A DNA stretch of 64,000 nucleotides from Eledone cirrhosa (GCA_964016885.1 OZ024749.1:35154001-35218000); one strand, 5' to 3'. Shown: positions 46,374 through 59,139, counted from the first letter of the stretch. The notes: generated by a model not told the origin, from the letters alone. Numbers and translations: made by a program.

Positions 46374-46419
<46 letters not shown>

Positions 46420-46532
46420 TCATCATCACGGACGTGAAATGGTGATGATGATGATGATATATATCTATATATATATCTATGCATATATATATATATGCAT
46501 ATATATATATATATATGCATATATACATATAC

Positions 46533-47545
46533 AGAATACTAGCTCATTCCATTGCACAGATGGTTCTATAGAAATAGTGGACAGTTTCCGTTACCTGGGT
46601 GACCAAATCAGCAGTGGGGGAGGGTGCTCTGAAAGTACAGTAGCTAGAGTCAGAACTGGATGGAAAAAGTTCAGAGAGCTTATACCACTATTAGCCGCTA
46701 AAGGGTTCTCCCTAAAAATGAAAGGCAGGCTGTATGATGCCTGCATACGAACAGCAATGTTGCATGGCAGTGAGACCTGGGCATTGTGTGCAGAGGATAT
46801 ACGCAGACTGGAGAGGAATGAAGCTTAAATGCTCCGCTGGATGTGTAATAGTAATATACGTGAACGGCAAAGCATAAACGAACTAAGGGAAAAATTAGAA
46901 ATAAGAGGGATCAGATGTTGTTTACTCGAGAGAAGACTACGTTGGTATGGTCACGTGATGCGCATGAAAGATGACAGCTGTATAAAAAAGTGCAGGGCAA
47001 TAAAAATAGACGGTAGCCACGGAGTAGGCAGACCTAGAAAAACCTGGGACGACTTGATAAATTCCTACCTCACACACTTATACCTCTCCAAGACAATGTC
47101 AATGGACCGAGATCTTTGGCGCTACACAGTAATAGAGAAGACCCGCCTTACCTAAGTACAAAGTGAAACCTATTACAGTCAGTAGGCACCTCTAACAAAA
47201 TACACCCCCGTCCCACCACCCCCACTCCATCCACACCACCCCTTTCAATGTAAAGTTATGTTGGTACCACAACATCCAGCCCGAAACAAATGAGGTCGTG
47301 TAGGTGTCACGACAAAAAAAAACACACAGTCCACGCTGTAATGTGGCCATGTAGGTAACATGGTAAAAACCTCCCAGTTCCACACTGTAAATGTGGTTGG
47401 TGTTAGGAAGGGCATCCAGCTGTAGAAAACCCGCCAGACAGTCCTATGCGACAACCACTCTTGCCTCAAGTGGGAAAACTCCCGTCCAAACCCATGCAAG
47501 CGTGGAATATGGATGTTAAACGATGATGATGATGACGATGATGAT
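46533..47545 (+). mobile_element. 5'-truncated copy of the same RTE LINE family
   Basis: Nearly identical to 59982-61000. A premature TAA at 46826-46828 replaces TGC. (GAT)n tail and TA flanks. Confidence 0.92.
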
Positions 47546-47851
47546 ACATATATATATATACATATATATATATATATGCATATATACATATACATATATA
47601 TATATATATACATATATATATACATATATTTTAGGAGACATGGTAAAAAGGATCCCACACTGTAAATGTGGTTGGTGTTAGGAAGGGCATCTAGCCATAG
47701 AAAACCAGCCAGATACAGTTCTATATGAGAGAGGTACAGTCACCTGTTCAATCTTGCCTAGAGTGGGACAATCCCATCTAACCCACACTAGCGTGGAAGA
47801 TGGATGTTAAACAATGATGATGATGATGATATATGCATATATATATATGCA

Positions 47852-47882
<31 letters not shown>

Positions 47883-47911
47883 CATCATCATTTTATGTCC
47901 ACTTTTCCTTG

Positions 47912-47945
<34 letters not shown>

Positions 47946-47952
<7 letters not shown>

Positions 47953-48179
47953 ATGGAGGATGACCGATGGGTGAAGAAGTGCCAGGAATTGCCAGTTGAA
48001 GGAAGACGTGGTAGAGGTAGACCACGAAAGACATGGGTGGAGGTGGTGAGAACAGACCTCAGATCATTGAAGCTCACGGTGGAGATGACGAGGGACCGTG
48101 ACGAGTGGAGAGATGCTGTGCTGAATAAGACCCGTCCCACCCTTGCAAGCAGGGAAAAGCGGACGTAAAATGATGATGA

Positions 48180-48183
<4 letters not shown>
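47946..48183 (+). mobile_element. 3' end of a second RTE LINE family
   Basis: MRMEDDRWVKKC...EGRRGRGRPRKTWVEVVRTDL...RDRDEWR, then a (GAT)n tail. TA flanks. Confidence 0.85.
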
Positions 48184-48216
<33 letters not shown>

Positions 48217-49809
48217 TATATATATGCATATATATCGAATTAATTTTATAAGATTCTAGCCATGCAGGTCATTCTTTTAAATTGATTTGTTTTAAACATT
48301 ACACTGCTTGTTTTTTCTCATCTTTTCTTCACTCACCATCTCGCTATTTGTTGTGTTTGTCTATTTATGACTAACAATCAAACTGTTTCTTCCACTTCAC
48401 ACCCTGTTCATAAGTTCTCTTCTTGGCTAATATATTGAGCCTTGTTTCCATCTCTTCCTTTCAGTTGCAGTACATTGGTTTGAAGTAAACGTTATTTTTA
48501 TTTCATTTTATTTGTAAATAGTCGGAAGTCCAATTGTTACTGGGTCCATTTATTACTGGAGTTAGTGATATTGACCTTAATGCACAGAAATCCCAAGGAC
48601 CTCCAGAGGTTGACCGATGAAAAGAGCCTTTCCTGTGTATCGTCTGTTTTTATGTTGTATTCACCCCCTTTTTTAAAATTAATTTTATAAGATCTTAGTT
48701 ATGCAGGTCATTCTTTCAAATATATATAAATATATAATTATAATTATATAAATACTTACATACACATATACATGTATACATAAATACATACATACATATA
48801 TGTATATATATATATATGTGTGTGTGTCAGTCTGTCTGTGTAAGTGTGTGTTTATAAAGTATATTTTATCTACAATATATTTCCAGGGGTCGATAAAATA
48901 AAGTACCAGTAATACACTGGGATAATTGTTGGCCTTGTGCCATAAGTAGAAACAAATATATTTCCATAGAAACACAGGTAATGTTAAGAAACCAATAAAA
49001 TTAATAACCCAAAAAAAACAAACAAACAAAAAAAGAAACAAAAAAAAACTAAACGCTGAAGTTAACAGCAACTCATTATATTTCAAATCTGCCATGTCAA
49101 TTTGGTATTTCACAAGTGATTTACCAACAGATTATTTAAAGTTACACACAATCAACACTCGAGTTTCTATTCAGTAAATTGAGACTGTAATTATTAATAC
49201 TGAAAATTCATTTCCACTTTTAATTTCATATCTTTTTAAAAAAATTTTTGTTTCTTTTACATTGTAGAAAACAAAGATGGCCGCTAAAGAGAAACAAACG
49301 AACAGTTTTGTGTGCTGTTTTATTGTTTTTTGTTTTTGTTTCCCCTCTGCCTGCAACCAATTAGATTAGGTTTGTTTTTGATTGAAAGTATGATGAAGAA
49401 TATCTTGTTGCAAAAAGAAAAGAGGAGTTAATATTAGGAAAGACTGTAATAGTTTATAATTCAATGGGAAATACTGTTTGTGCTGAGTAGCTTCTGGCTC
49501 TAACTGAAAAATAGAACCACTCTTCACTGATTTGAAATTTAAAAAAAAATCACAGAATGGAATAGAATGGATCCCCGTCAGTTCGGTCAACAAGTGTTCT
49601 GCTTTTTCAATCAATGGAATAACCTGCTTTTGAAATAAATCTGCAAGTGTCTCAGCATTCCCCAGATATTTGTATCCTTAATGTAATTGTCAGGTTATCT
49701 CAGTGTGACAAGGCTGGCTCTTTGAATTACAGGTACAGCTTAAGTGGCTGAGCATTCTATAGACACATGTACTCTTAACATAATTTCAGGTAGATACATG
49801 CTCAGCATC

Positions 49810-50105
49810 ACTTTACATGACAGGAAGAGCAACATCTGAATTCGACAGCAGACTGGCGTGAAGGACATAATTGAGACCACCAAGAAGGTCAAGCATAGAT
49901 GAGCTGGCCACGTCTCATTTCAGAGACACCAGGTGGACTATTAGAGTGACAGAGTGGACACCAAGGCAGTAGAAAAAAAAAACAAAGAGTGGCCAAAGGC
50001 TGGGTGGTGTGATGATCTGACCCAATATCTTGGCCCTACATTGTTCAATATGGTCAGAGATAGGAAGCAGTGGAGGTCAACCAGGGAGGGGTTCCTCTAA
50101 CAGGT
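49810..50105 (+). mobile_element. Old RTE-like LINE C-terminal fragment
   Basis: Translates to IRQQTGVKDIIETTKKVKHR*AGHV...RWTIRVTEWTPR with stops. Confidence 0.65.
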
Positions 50106-50699
50106 GTGAGAGGGCCCTGGATTTGGAATTTTGGACAGCGTGACTTAGTGTGAGACAAGGCTGGCCTTTTCAAGTACATCCCACAGATTTCCAAACAGTT
50201 CCTGTCAACCCAATTTCTCACATGAGGCTTGGGTTGACCTGAGGCTATGGTAAATGACATTGGTGCATTGGAACGGATTGAACCTAGGACCTAATGTTTG
50301 TGAAGTAAACTTCTCAACCATTTGGCCACACTGTATCTATTATAAAACAGAGGTATCCATACTGCTACAGTTTTAAAATGATTACCTGTCAATGAAATTG
50401 CTTTTTCCTCTTCAGAAGTACAAAATAAAGCAAAGTAAAATAAAATATAAATGAAGAGAAACACAAAACGGTGTCTACTTATAATGAGAAAAGATAGATT
50501 CATGCTATTTCATCCACAACTAACTTTTTAATCAATTTATTTTGCTCTCGAGTAAAACATCTTAATTTTTTTTAATATTACTGAAACACAGAATATTGTA
50601 TTCACAAAATATTTCATTTTTTTCTTTTTTTCTGTATCTATTTATCTATCTATCTATCTGTTTGTCAGTCTCTCTCTCTTCCTCTCTCAATCTACCTGC

Positions 50700-50771
<72 letters not shown>

Positions 50772-51317
50772 TTCTACCTATCTATCTATAAAAAAAAAAA
50801 AAAAAATAAAGAAAGATATCTATCAATTTATTTATTTGTCTATTTACATATTCCAATATAGAAAACTATATCTGGAACAGAGGTTTCCAACAAAGAAATA
50901 ATGAGTATTTATTTTCTAAGTGTTATTCTAGTTTAGAACGGTTGGATCTATTATTTGCAACTTTCTTTATGTATTTAGAAGTGTAATGAGATATCTTATA
51001 GAATTACAGTAAACTATAAAAAAGCAAGGATTAACCCCTGATGTCTAATAGGGAGAGATGCTATCAGAAACATATCTGGCTGGAAGTGGATGATTACTGT
51101 AGTACTCCCAGTAACACCTACTGTCTGATAGGGAGAGATGACTGGCTGGAAGTGGCTGATTCCAGTTCTTGACTGGTACTTCTTTTATCAACTTCAAATG
51201 GATGAAAGGCAGATTTGAACCCAGAGTGCAGAGAACCAGAACAAATGCTGCAAAGCACTCTCTCCAAACAAACATCATTATCAGCATCAAAATATAAAAA
51301 AAATATTAGTTTCTTAC

Positions 51318-51496
51318 TTTGAATCCTAATTTTAGGTTTCCTGATTGAGTAAGAAGAACCGAAGAGTGTTGGAACCATGTTAGAAAGAGATCTCATTCTG
51401 TTGAAATTGGTGACACCATTCAGCAATCATAGACTGTTGGTTGCTTTCACGTTGGGTTTCACTTTATGGTTTCTGTGTGGGAGCTTCCTTAGTCAA
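51318..51496 (-). other. Candidate non-coding 5'UTR exon of the Popeye gene
   Basis: Strong acceptor (tttttcttttaattttccag|) and donor (AA|GTAAGA) bracket 179 nt of non-repetitive sequence on the gene strand. There are stops in all three frames near its start. Coding exon 1 begins with an acceptor, so an upstream exon is required. Confidence 0.4.
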
Positions 51497-53146
51497 CTGG
51501 AAAATTAAAAGAAAAATGGAAGAATATTATTTATTTTGAAATGAAAAAAAAAAAAAAAAAAATTCTGTTGGCCTCGTATGAGGTTGTATTACCTAAGAGG
51601 TTTCTTGGGTATTTTAAAGATAGTTTTATCATGAAAAGCAATGTGAAATGAAATATCTTGTTCAAGAACACATGTTGCCTGGTTCAACAATCAAACGCAT
51701 GGTCTTATAATTGGGAGTCCAACACAATAACCTCTTCACTCATCTATTTTCAAGAGAAGTCACTACTAAATTACTTTTGAAGTCTTCTTTGAAAAGTCAG
51801 ATGTCAGTTTACCTGGAAAAACAACACGGTTGTTAATAAGAAGAGTTGATTAATGCGTGCAAAATTTCACAGCCCTAGCACCACTCCTTCACAGTCAGCC
51901 TAAGAACTTTTCAGCCACCCTCATATTTTGGATTGTCTCAAAATTGAAAGCTGTTGCTGAAGAGTACTGAAGCTATGGAATATTGGTGCAAATATTATGG
52001 TAGAACACTGATAATCTAGAATATTACAGCACAATGTAGAAGGCCAGCTAAACCTACATAAGTGTGAGCAGCAGCAGCAACAACAACATAATAGGAATGG
52101 AACCCTTATTATAATCTCCTAGAAGGTGCAGCCTCATGATGGCCATCTAAACTTCTGTATGAGAGAGGTGAGAGCTGTATCAACAACATAGGACTGAGGA
52201 CTCTATTATTAAAATATCCACAAAATGTCCAATAAGATACAGTCTCATTGGTAGCCAGCTGAATCTACATAGGCTTGAGCTGTAACAACATGATAGGACT
52301 GGTTTTTATCATTAAAACACACAAGAAACCTTTTAAGAGATATCACTTCATAGGAAGCTTGCTAAACCTACAAAGGTGAGAGCTGCAAAAGCAACAGCAA
52401 CAGCATTCACATACTACACTATGCTCCTAACATCTAGATCTTATGTCACTTCAAGCAAGCTAACTGGTCAAAGTTTCACAAGTTCTTGCCAACTATTCCT
52501 GGCAGTACATGTGCTTTACATCTGACCCACCAGAAAGAGTGATACCACCCTCTTTGACTATGTTTCTCTACAACTTCTGCACACAAAAAAAATACTCAGT
52601 TCCAATTCCCTGATGTGCTTCACTCATAACTGTATTTCAGCAATTTATAAAACAGTAGTCACTCGTTAAATTGAACTGAGAAAACAGTGTTTTCGTTTGG
52701 TCTTTCCATTGCTGATACTACCTGCTGGTCACAATTCCTGGCAGAAGAAAACAGCTGATTGTCAAGCTGGACCAAGGATACAATATTTCCATGGCTGATA
52801 ATAACTGTCAGTCACAATAACTGTCAGAAGAAGGTGAAACTTGCTCTCAGAGCCAGATGAAGTACCATGGCCCTCTAAATTGTTACTTTGTTTATTGACT
52901 TCAAAAGGATGAAATGAAATGTGAAGTTAATCTCAATGGGATTTGAACTCAGAATCTAGTGAGCTGAAATAAATACTGAGGCATTTTTAATCCTTCGTTC
53001 TAATAAGTCTGCCAATTCTACAACAACAATAACACCATCACCAACCACTACACCACCACCACCACCACCACCACCACGAATAACAAAGACAAAGCACTCC
53101 AATAACAACAACAACTACATCTGTATCTATCTACCTATCTATCTAT

Positions 53147-53580
53147 GGTGGACAAGGTTAAAAGGGCTGCGGTCAGACACCTTTCTCTCCGGCCAACAAC
53201 TGATTCTTTTTTTCAAATACCACTTTGGAAGAAGAATCAGGATGGAGAGAGAGGTGCTGTACCCCAGCAAGTTTTATGAAAGGTGGGTGAAAGTGGTGAG
53301 AATGGCCTGAGTGAATGGGCCTTCTCTCTATATCAGCCTGTAGGTTGAGGAAAAAGAGGAAGAGAGGAAGGGGTACTTACTCTTCGTACTCCTGGAGATG
53401 AGGGTTGCACATTTTTTTGGGGGAGTATGTGTTACCCATATGTAATGTCTCCCCCTATTGGGGAAAATCGATTAATTTTTAAATTGCATTTGTGATAGTA
53501 TTTTACACATTTTTATTGTATGTAAACTTCCCCCTTTGTATTTGTCCCCTTCTTTTGTGCCCCTGTGGCTAATAATGAAA
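53147..53580 (+). mobile_element. Tx1/L1-like LINE 3' end, second copy
   Basis: Homologous to 54515-54947, with (TATC)n on both sides. Confidence 0.65.
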
Positions 53581-53659
53581 CATATCTATCTATCTATCTA
53601 TCTATCTGTATATATTTGAAAGATATGTTTGACAAGTAGTAAATTATATAGCTTACACA

Positions 53660-54082
53660 TGTGTTGTTACCTCTTCGGTGATGCCCTGATTAACTTTTTC
53701 CAATTTCATTTGAAAAGGAAAATCAGAGTAGAGAGGGAAGTGCTCTCTTCCCAGCTTTTTGTTGAAAGATGGGTGAGAGAGGCAAGAATGGCTCGAGTGA
53801 ATGGACCTACTCTCAGTATGTGTCTGTAAATTGAAGGTGGAAAACTGGGAGAGGACATTTGCCCTGGTAGTCAGGGTCACCGTGGCTTTTTTTTTAATGG
53901 GCTTTCTCCACGATGGCCCTCGGAAGTCTCCCCCGTATTGGGCAATTTTTCATTGTTCTTTTATTACATCCTCTGTTTTTTTTTTGTTTTTTACACGCAG
54001 AACTGCCCATTTGTATCGTCCTGTATTGTCATGTACTGTCCTTAATGTCTACTTTGTGTAAACCCTTGTGGTTAATAAAGAA
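53660..54082 (+). mobile_element. Tx1/L1-like LINE 3' end, related subfamily
   Basis: LINFFQFHLKRKIRVEREVLSSQLFVERW. Ends cccttgtggttaataaagaaa, followed by ATT-rich sequence. Confidence 0.6.
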
Positions 54083-54409
54083 AGCATTATTTATTTTATT
54101 AAATAAATCATTATTATTATTATCTTGCTCCACATCGTATGTCTATAATAGATTGAAGTGACAGGCTCAGATAAACATCTTATTAACAGATATAGTAGCA
54201 ATGATGGGAGGGGGTAAGATACACACACATTATATATATATATATGATTAGCTCAGTAGATTAGTAATTGTATTAATAGATTGTCTCCCATATATTTCTC
54301 TCTCCCTAATGGACTAATTACAATACTACACTAATTAGCACACTACTACTACTACTACTACTTATACACACACACACATATATAAATCTATCTATCTATC
54401 TATCTAAAT

Positions 54410-54947
54410 ACAGTTGACTGCCGAGTCCATAGTAAGGATCAAACCGCCAGACTCTTTCAAAAACGAAAGAGAGGAGGTTTTCCTCTGTACGGTGGCTATG
54501 GTGAAAGAAGTTATATGGTGGACGAGGTTGAGAGAACTGAGGACAGATGCCTTTCTCTCCGGACAACAATTGATTCCCTTCTTTAAGTATCACTTTAGAA
54601 GGAGAATCAGGGTGGAGAGAGAGGCACTGCACCCCAGTAAATTTACTGAAAGGTGGGTGAATGAAGCGAAAATGGTCCGAGTGATTGGGCCTTCTCTGTT
54701 TATAAGCCTGTAGGTTGAGGAAGAGAGCAAAAGGAAGAAAGGAGCACTTGCACAACACGCTCCTTGAGTTGAGGGTTGTTCTATCGACGGGGTATTAAAC
54801 AACCCATTTGTGGCACCTCCCCCCTATTGGGGATTTCGATTGTTGAAATTGTTTGTTTTTATATTTTTTACACGACTGTATGTAAAATCCCCGGCATGTC
54901 TTTGTATTGTCCCCTTTCTTGTTGCGCCCTTGTGGCTAATAAAGAAA
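54410..54947 (+). mobile_element. Tx1/L1-like LINE 3' end
   Basis: VAMVKEVIWWTRL...LIPFFKYHFRRRIRVEREALHPSKFTERW. The 3'UTR ends ccttgtggctaataaagaaa. (TATC)n on both sides. Confidence 0.65.
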
Positions 54948-55046
54948 TCTATCTATATATCCAATAAAACAACATAAACTGACCAACATATGAACATTAG
55001 ACTTTTTATATACCATGTATATTCATTCTGTCATTACTACTACAGA

Positions 55047-55131
55047 GGTCTGACGAGCTTTTGATTCCAGAGTTGGGCCAGATCAATACAGATCAAACCA
55101 TGAGCTGATCAATAGCGTAACACGCGTCACC
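55047..55131 (+). ncRNA. Type I hammerhead ribozyme, probably inactivated (GAAA->GTAA)
   Basis: GGT-CTGACGA-GCTtTTGAT...ATCAAtAGC-GTAA-CACGC-GTC/ACC, followed by AATAAA and (TA)n. Confidence 0.65.
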
Positions 55132-55213
55132 AATCAATAAATGTAATGAAGGCTTAACCAATTGTCCTTGTATTATATATATATATATATCATCCTCCTC
55201 CTCTTCATCAGAG

Positions 55214-56110
55214 AAGGAGCTAGTATCCTGTGGGCACTTGCTACTTATTACACCCGAGCATCGGCCACATATAAAATCTATGTTCTTAGATAGTTTACCT
55301 GTGATCCCACTACATCTTTTATGTACCCATAGTTTGCATTTGGGACATAAAATGGAATTTCTACCTACTCCTTTCCTACACACTGAGCATGGCCATTTCC
55401 CAGAGGGCACCTGTGCCCTATTTTCCTTTCTACAAACTAGAACTTTAGTCTTAGACAAGTTAACTTTAAGGCCTTTTGATTCTAGGCCATGCTTCCATGT
55501 TTGGAATGTCTTCTCTAGTTCAGCCATAGATTCAGCTATGAGAGTTAGATCATCTGCGTATAGGAGTTCCCATGGACAGCCGGTCTTAAACTCCTCTGTT
55601 ATAACCTGAAAGGCAATAATAAATAGGAGAGGGCTAAGGACAGAGCCTTGATCAACACCAACTTTTACACTAAATTCTTCATTACATTCATTGTTAATTC
55701 TAACGTTACTGACTGTTTCTTTATACATGGCTTGTATAGCTCTCAAGCCATTCATCTACACCTAGTTTTCTAAGAGCCCACCAGATAATGGAGTGGGGGA
55801 CTCTATCAAAGGCTTTCTCCAGGTCTACAAAAGCTAAGTAGAGGGGTTTGCTTTTAGCTAGGTACTTCTCCTGTAGTTGTCGTACAAGGATAAGAGCGTC
55901 TGTGGTATTTTTACCTGACACAGACCCAAACTGTATTTCATCTAGATCAATTCGCTCTTTGATTAGTTGCGACCTTCATGACCTGGTCAACTAACTTAAT
56001 GCCTCTATAGTTTCCCCTATCTAGAGCATCCCCTTTACCCTTGTAGCAGTTAATGATGATGCTGCTACACCAGTCTTTTGGTATGACCCCATTCTCTATT
56101 ACTTGGTTTA
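55214..56110 (-). mobile_element. Internal RT fragment of the same RTE LINE family (frameshifted)
   Basis: [45 protein letters not shown] and the Cys-rich insert. Confidence 0.9.
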
Positions 56111-56794
56111 TATATATATATATATAATTAAAATGTTGGAAGATTAGGGATTTCTGTACAAAAGTACAGAAAATAATAAAGATTTGAAAAAACTACCCAA
56201 TGTGTTTTTATTTATTAGTTATAAATGATACGTGTATAGCACACAATAGAAAAAGATTCACATAAAAAAGAACAGTTTTTGTATTTAACCAGTTTTGCTC
56301 AAACAGCTTTTCACAGGTTGTTTTCATGTCTAGTTTCCATTTGTAATGTTTTTGTTAAAGGAAGGGATGCAACTGGTTGTATCTTTGCCCCTTATGCTGT
56401 GGAAAACACAATCCTCTACAAGGGACATAACTCTGGTCTGACCAGGTATTAAAAATTATCTGTGCAAAAGAGTTTCTTTGCCAATATGCTTTTCCTCTGA
56501 TGTTGACTCGCAACATTGGTAGAATGGGAAAACATTGAAATTTGGTAAAGTTTGCCCTCTGAATTTCTCTATATGTTGGCTAAGAGGGATCTTACATATG
56601 TGTCTGTGCTTATCTCTCATAAGTTTAATGGTTCAACAAACAGAGATTGAACCCATGCTAGCGTGGAAGATGGACGTTAAACGATGATGATGAAGTACCA
56701 GGCTTGAAAAAATAAGAACTGAGGTTGATATGATTAGTTAAAAATTCCATTATGGACACAGTCTAATGGGTGAAACTAGTAAAAGACTAAAATA

Positions 56795-57145
56795 GTTCTA
56801 TTAATATAGTTGTGCAAGGTGGTAAGGGGCCATTTGTTATTTGACATAGAGAAGGAATAATTGTTCTATTAATATAGCTGTGTGATGTGGTAAGGTGCCA
56901 TTTGTTAGTTGACAGAGAGAAAGAATAACTGTTCTATTAATATATTTTTCCTATTAATATAGTTGTGTAAGAGACCATATGTTAGTTGACAGAGAGAAGG
57001 AATAACTGTTTTATTTATATAGTTGTGTAGGGTGGTAAGGGGCCATTTGTTAGTTAACAGAGAGGATGAATAACTGTTCTATTAATATAGCTGTGTGATA
57101 TGGTAAGGGACCATATGTTAGTTGACAGAGAGGACGAATAACTGT
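56795..57145. repeat. ~66-bp degenerate tandem repeat (gttctattaatatag.tgtg...gccatttgttagttgacagaga)
   Basis: About five copies. Confidence 0.85.
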
Positions 57146-57560
57146 GAAAGTTTGTTTATTGATGAGAGATCATGACATTTGAACTGAAATTATCTCTAAA
57201 AATAGAGAAAATATCTGATTTGTGAGAAAATGTCTGATTTTAGCAATTGTTAGTTTAATATAAACTGTTGTTGTGTCGTATTGAGGGGGAATATAATAGG
57301 ATTTTATTTCCTCTGCTGAGACACTAAAAATGGACAAAGGTTGGGGAAGGATTAATAATACTTCAAAGAAATTGATAATTTAATCAATCTCCAAAAGCCC
57401 ATCATCATCCATCACAATCATCATCATTGTCATCATCACCATCATAGACTAGAATAAAAAAGACTAGAATAAAAAATAATAAATAATAAATAAAAATAAG
57501 AATAGTCCATCTATGTCAAAATTGTTCACAAGTGTTTTTAGGCCTCATATCATGTTACCT

Positions 57561-57630
57561 TATTTTATCTGATGAGGACACAATTTTTGTCCCAGGATGA
57601 TGTTGTTTTCGAAATGCGCATAATAAAATA
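57561..57630 (+). ncRNA. Type I hammerhead ribozyme
   Basis: TATTTTAT-CTGATGA-GGAcACAAT...GTTGTtTTC-GAAA-TGCGCA-TA/ATAAAATA. Perfect 8-bp stem I and palindromic stem III (ATGCGCAT). AUA cleavage after 57622. (TA)n starts ~45 nt downstream. Confidence 0.75.
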
Positions 57631-57694
57631 TACGGAACTTTTTTAACCATCTTTTAATTTCTTCTTTATATATATATGTATACATATATATACG

Positions 57695-57789
<95 letters not shown>

Positions 57790-57808
57790 ATATATATATA
57801 TATATATG

Positions 57809-57843
<35 letters not shown>

Positions 57844-57844
57844 G

Positions 57845-58034
<190 letters not shown>

Positions 58035-58053
58035 CATATATATATATTTATAC

Positions 58054-58144
<91 letters not shown>

Positions 58145-58147
58145 CAC

Positions 58148-58178
<31 letters not shown>

Positions 58179-58263
58179 AAAATTGAGATGAGCAGAACAA
58201 ACAAACATTAAACAATCCTTTAAATAAATTAAAAAATGATTTAAATATCTAGCTGTTCGTAAT

Positions 58264-58343
58264 GCTATTACCGGCGGTTTCACTTTACAAAAGATTAGAA
58301 ATTCAGAGAATTTCTAACGGAAAAGTAAAGTTCATCAGATAGC
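58264..58343 (-). ncRNA. Type I hammerhead ribozyme, inverted copy of the 58809 motif
   Basis: Same motif on the minus strand, with a fully Watson-Crick stem I (GCTAT/ATAGC). Cleavage between 58269 and 58268. Confidence 0.8.
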
Positions 58344-58808
58344 TATTTCCATCCTATAGACTAAGTCCCACAGTCTGCAAATATAATGCCAACTACCAGC
58401 TCGTATGAGTTATGGCCGTTAAAGTGACCCACACGTGAACTGGCCGCTAGTGAAAGCGGGAATATTACAGACGTGCTGATGGCTTTGCTCCTAAAAAAAT
58501 AGCAGTATCTCAAATTAGTACCATAGAACAACAATTATATTATAGACACCCTATATATGTCTATGGGTACTTAGTACTCAGATAGATATTGACCTCATTT
58601 TATATATTCTCCAATCTATGTAGAGAAAAAATTTGTTGTTGCTTACTGCTATTTTTTTAGCAGCAAAGCCATCAACACGTCTGTAATATTCCCGCTTTCA
58701 CTAGCGGCCAGTTCACGTGTGGGTCACTTTAATGGCCATAACTCATACGAGCTGGTAGTTGGCATTATATTTGCAGACCGTGGGACTTAGTCCTATAGGA
58801 TGGAAATA

Positions 58809-58888
58809 GTTATCTGATGAACTTTACTTTTCCGTTAGAAATTCTCTGAATTTCTAATCTTTTGTAAAGTGAAACCGCCGGTAATAGC
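58809..58888 (+). ncRNA. Type I hammerhead ribozyme, intact core
   Basis: GTTAT-CTGATGA-ACTTTAC...(TTAGAAATT/AATTTCTAA)...GTAAAGT-GAAA-CCGCCGG-TA/ATAGC. Cleavage after 58883. Confidence 0.8.
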
Positions 58889-59074
58889 ATTACGAACAGG
58901 TAGATATTTAAATCATTTTTTAATTTATTTAAAGGATTGTTTAATGTTTGTTTGTTCTGCTCATCTCAATTTTTATAGTTCTGGTATCTCAAATTAGTAC
59001 CAAAGAACAACAATTATATTATAGACACCCTATATATCTCTATGGGTACTTAGTACTCAGAGAGATATTTACCT

Positions 59075-59139
<65 letters not shown>

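Larger units (their letters stand above)
58175..59084 (+). mobile_element. Non-autonomous Penelope-like/retrozyme-like element, family A (inverted arm + partial tandem, ~479-nt unit)
   Basis: 58175-58507 is the reverse complement of 58644-58977. 58505-58606 is directly repeated at 58984-59084 (offset 479). Contains a hammerhead and has long (TA)n on both sides. Confidence 0.7.

Noticed and set aside
49274-49362. YY1-like AAGATGGCCGC and CCAAT as the Popeye promoter
   Set aside because: Short motifs with no supporting first-exon donor, and the orientation does not fit the minus-strand gene.
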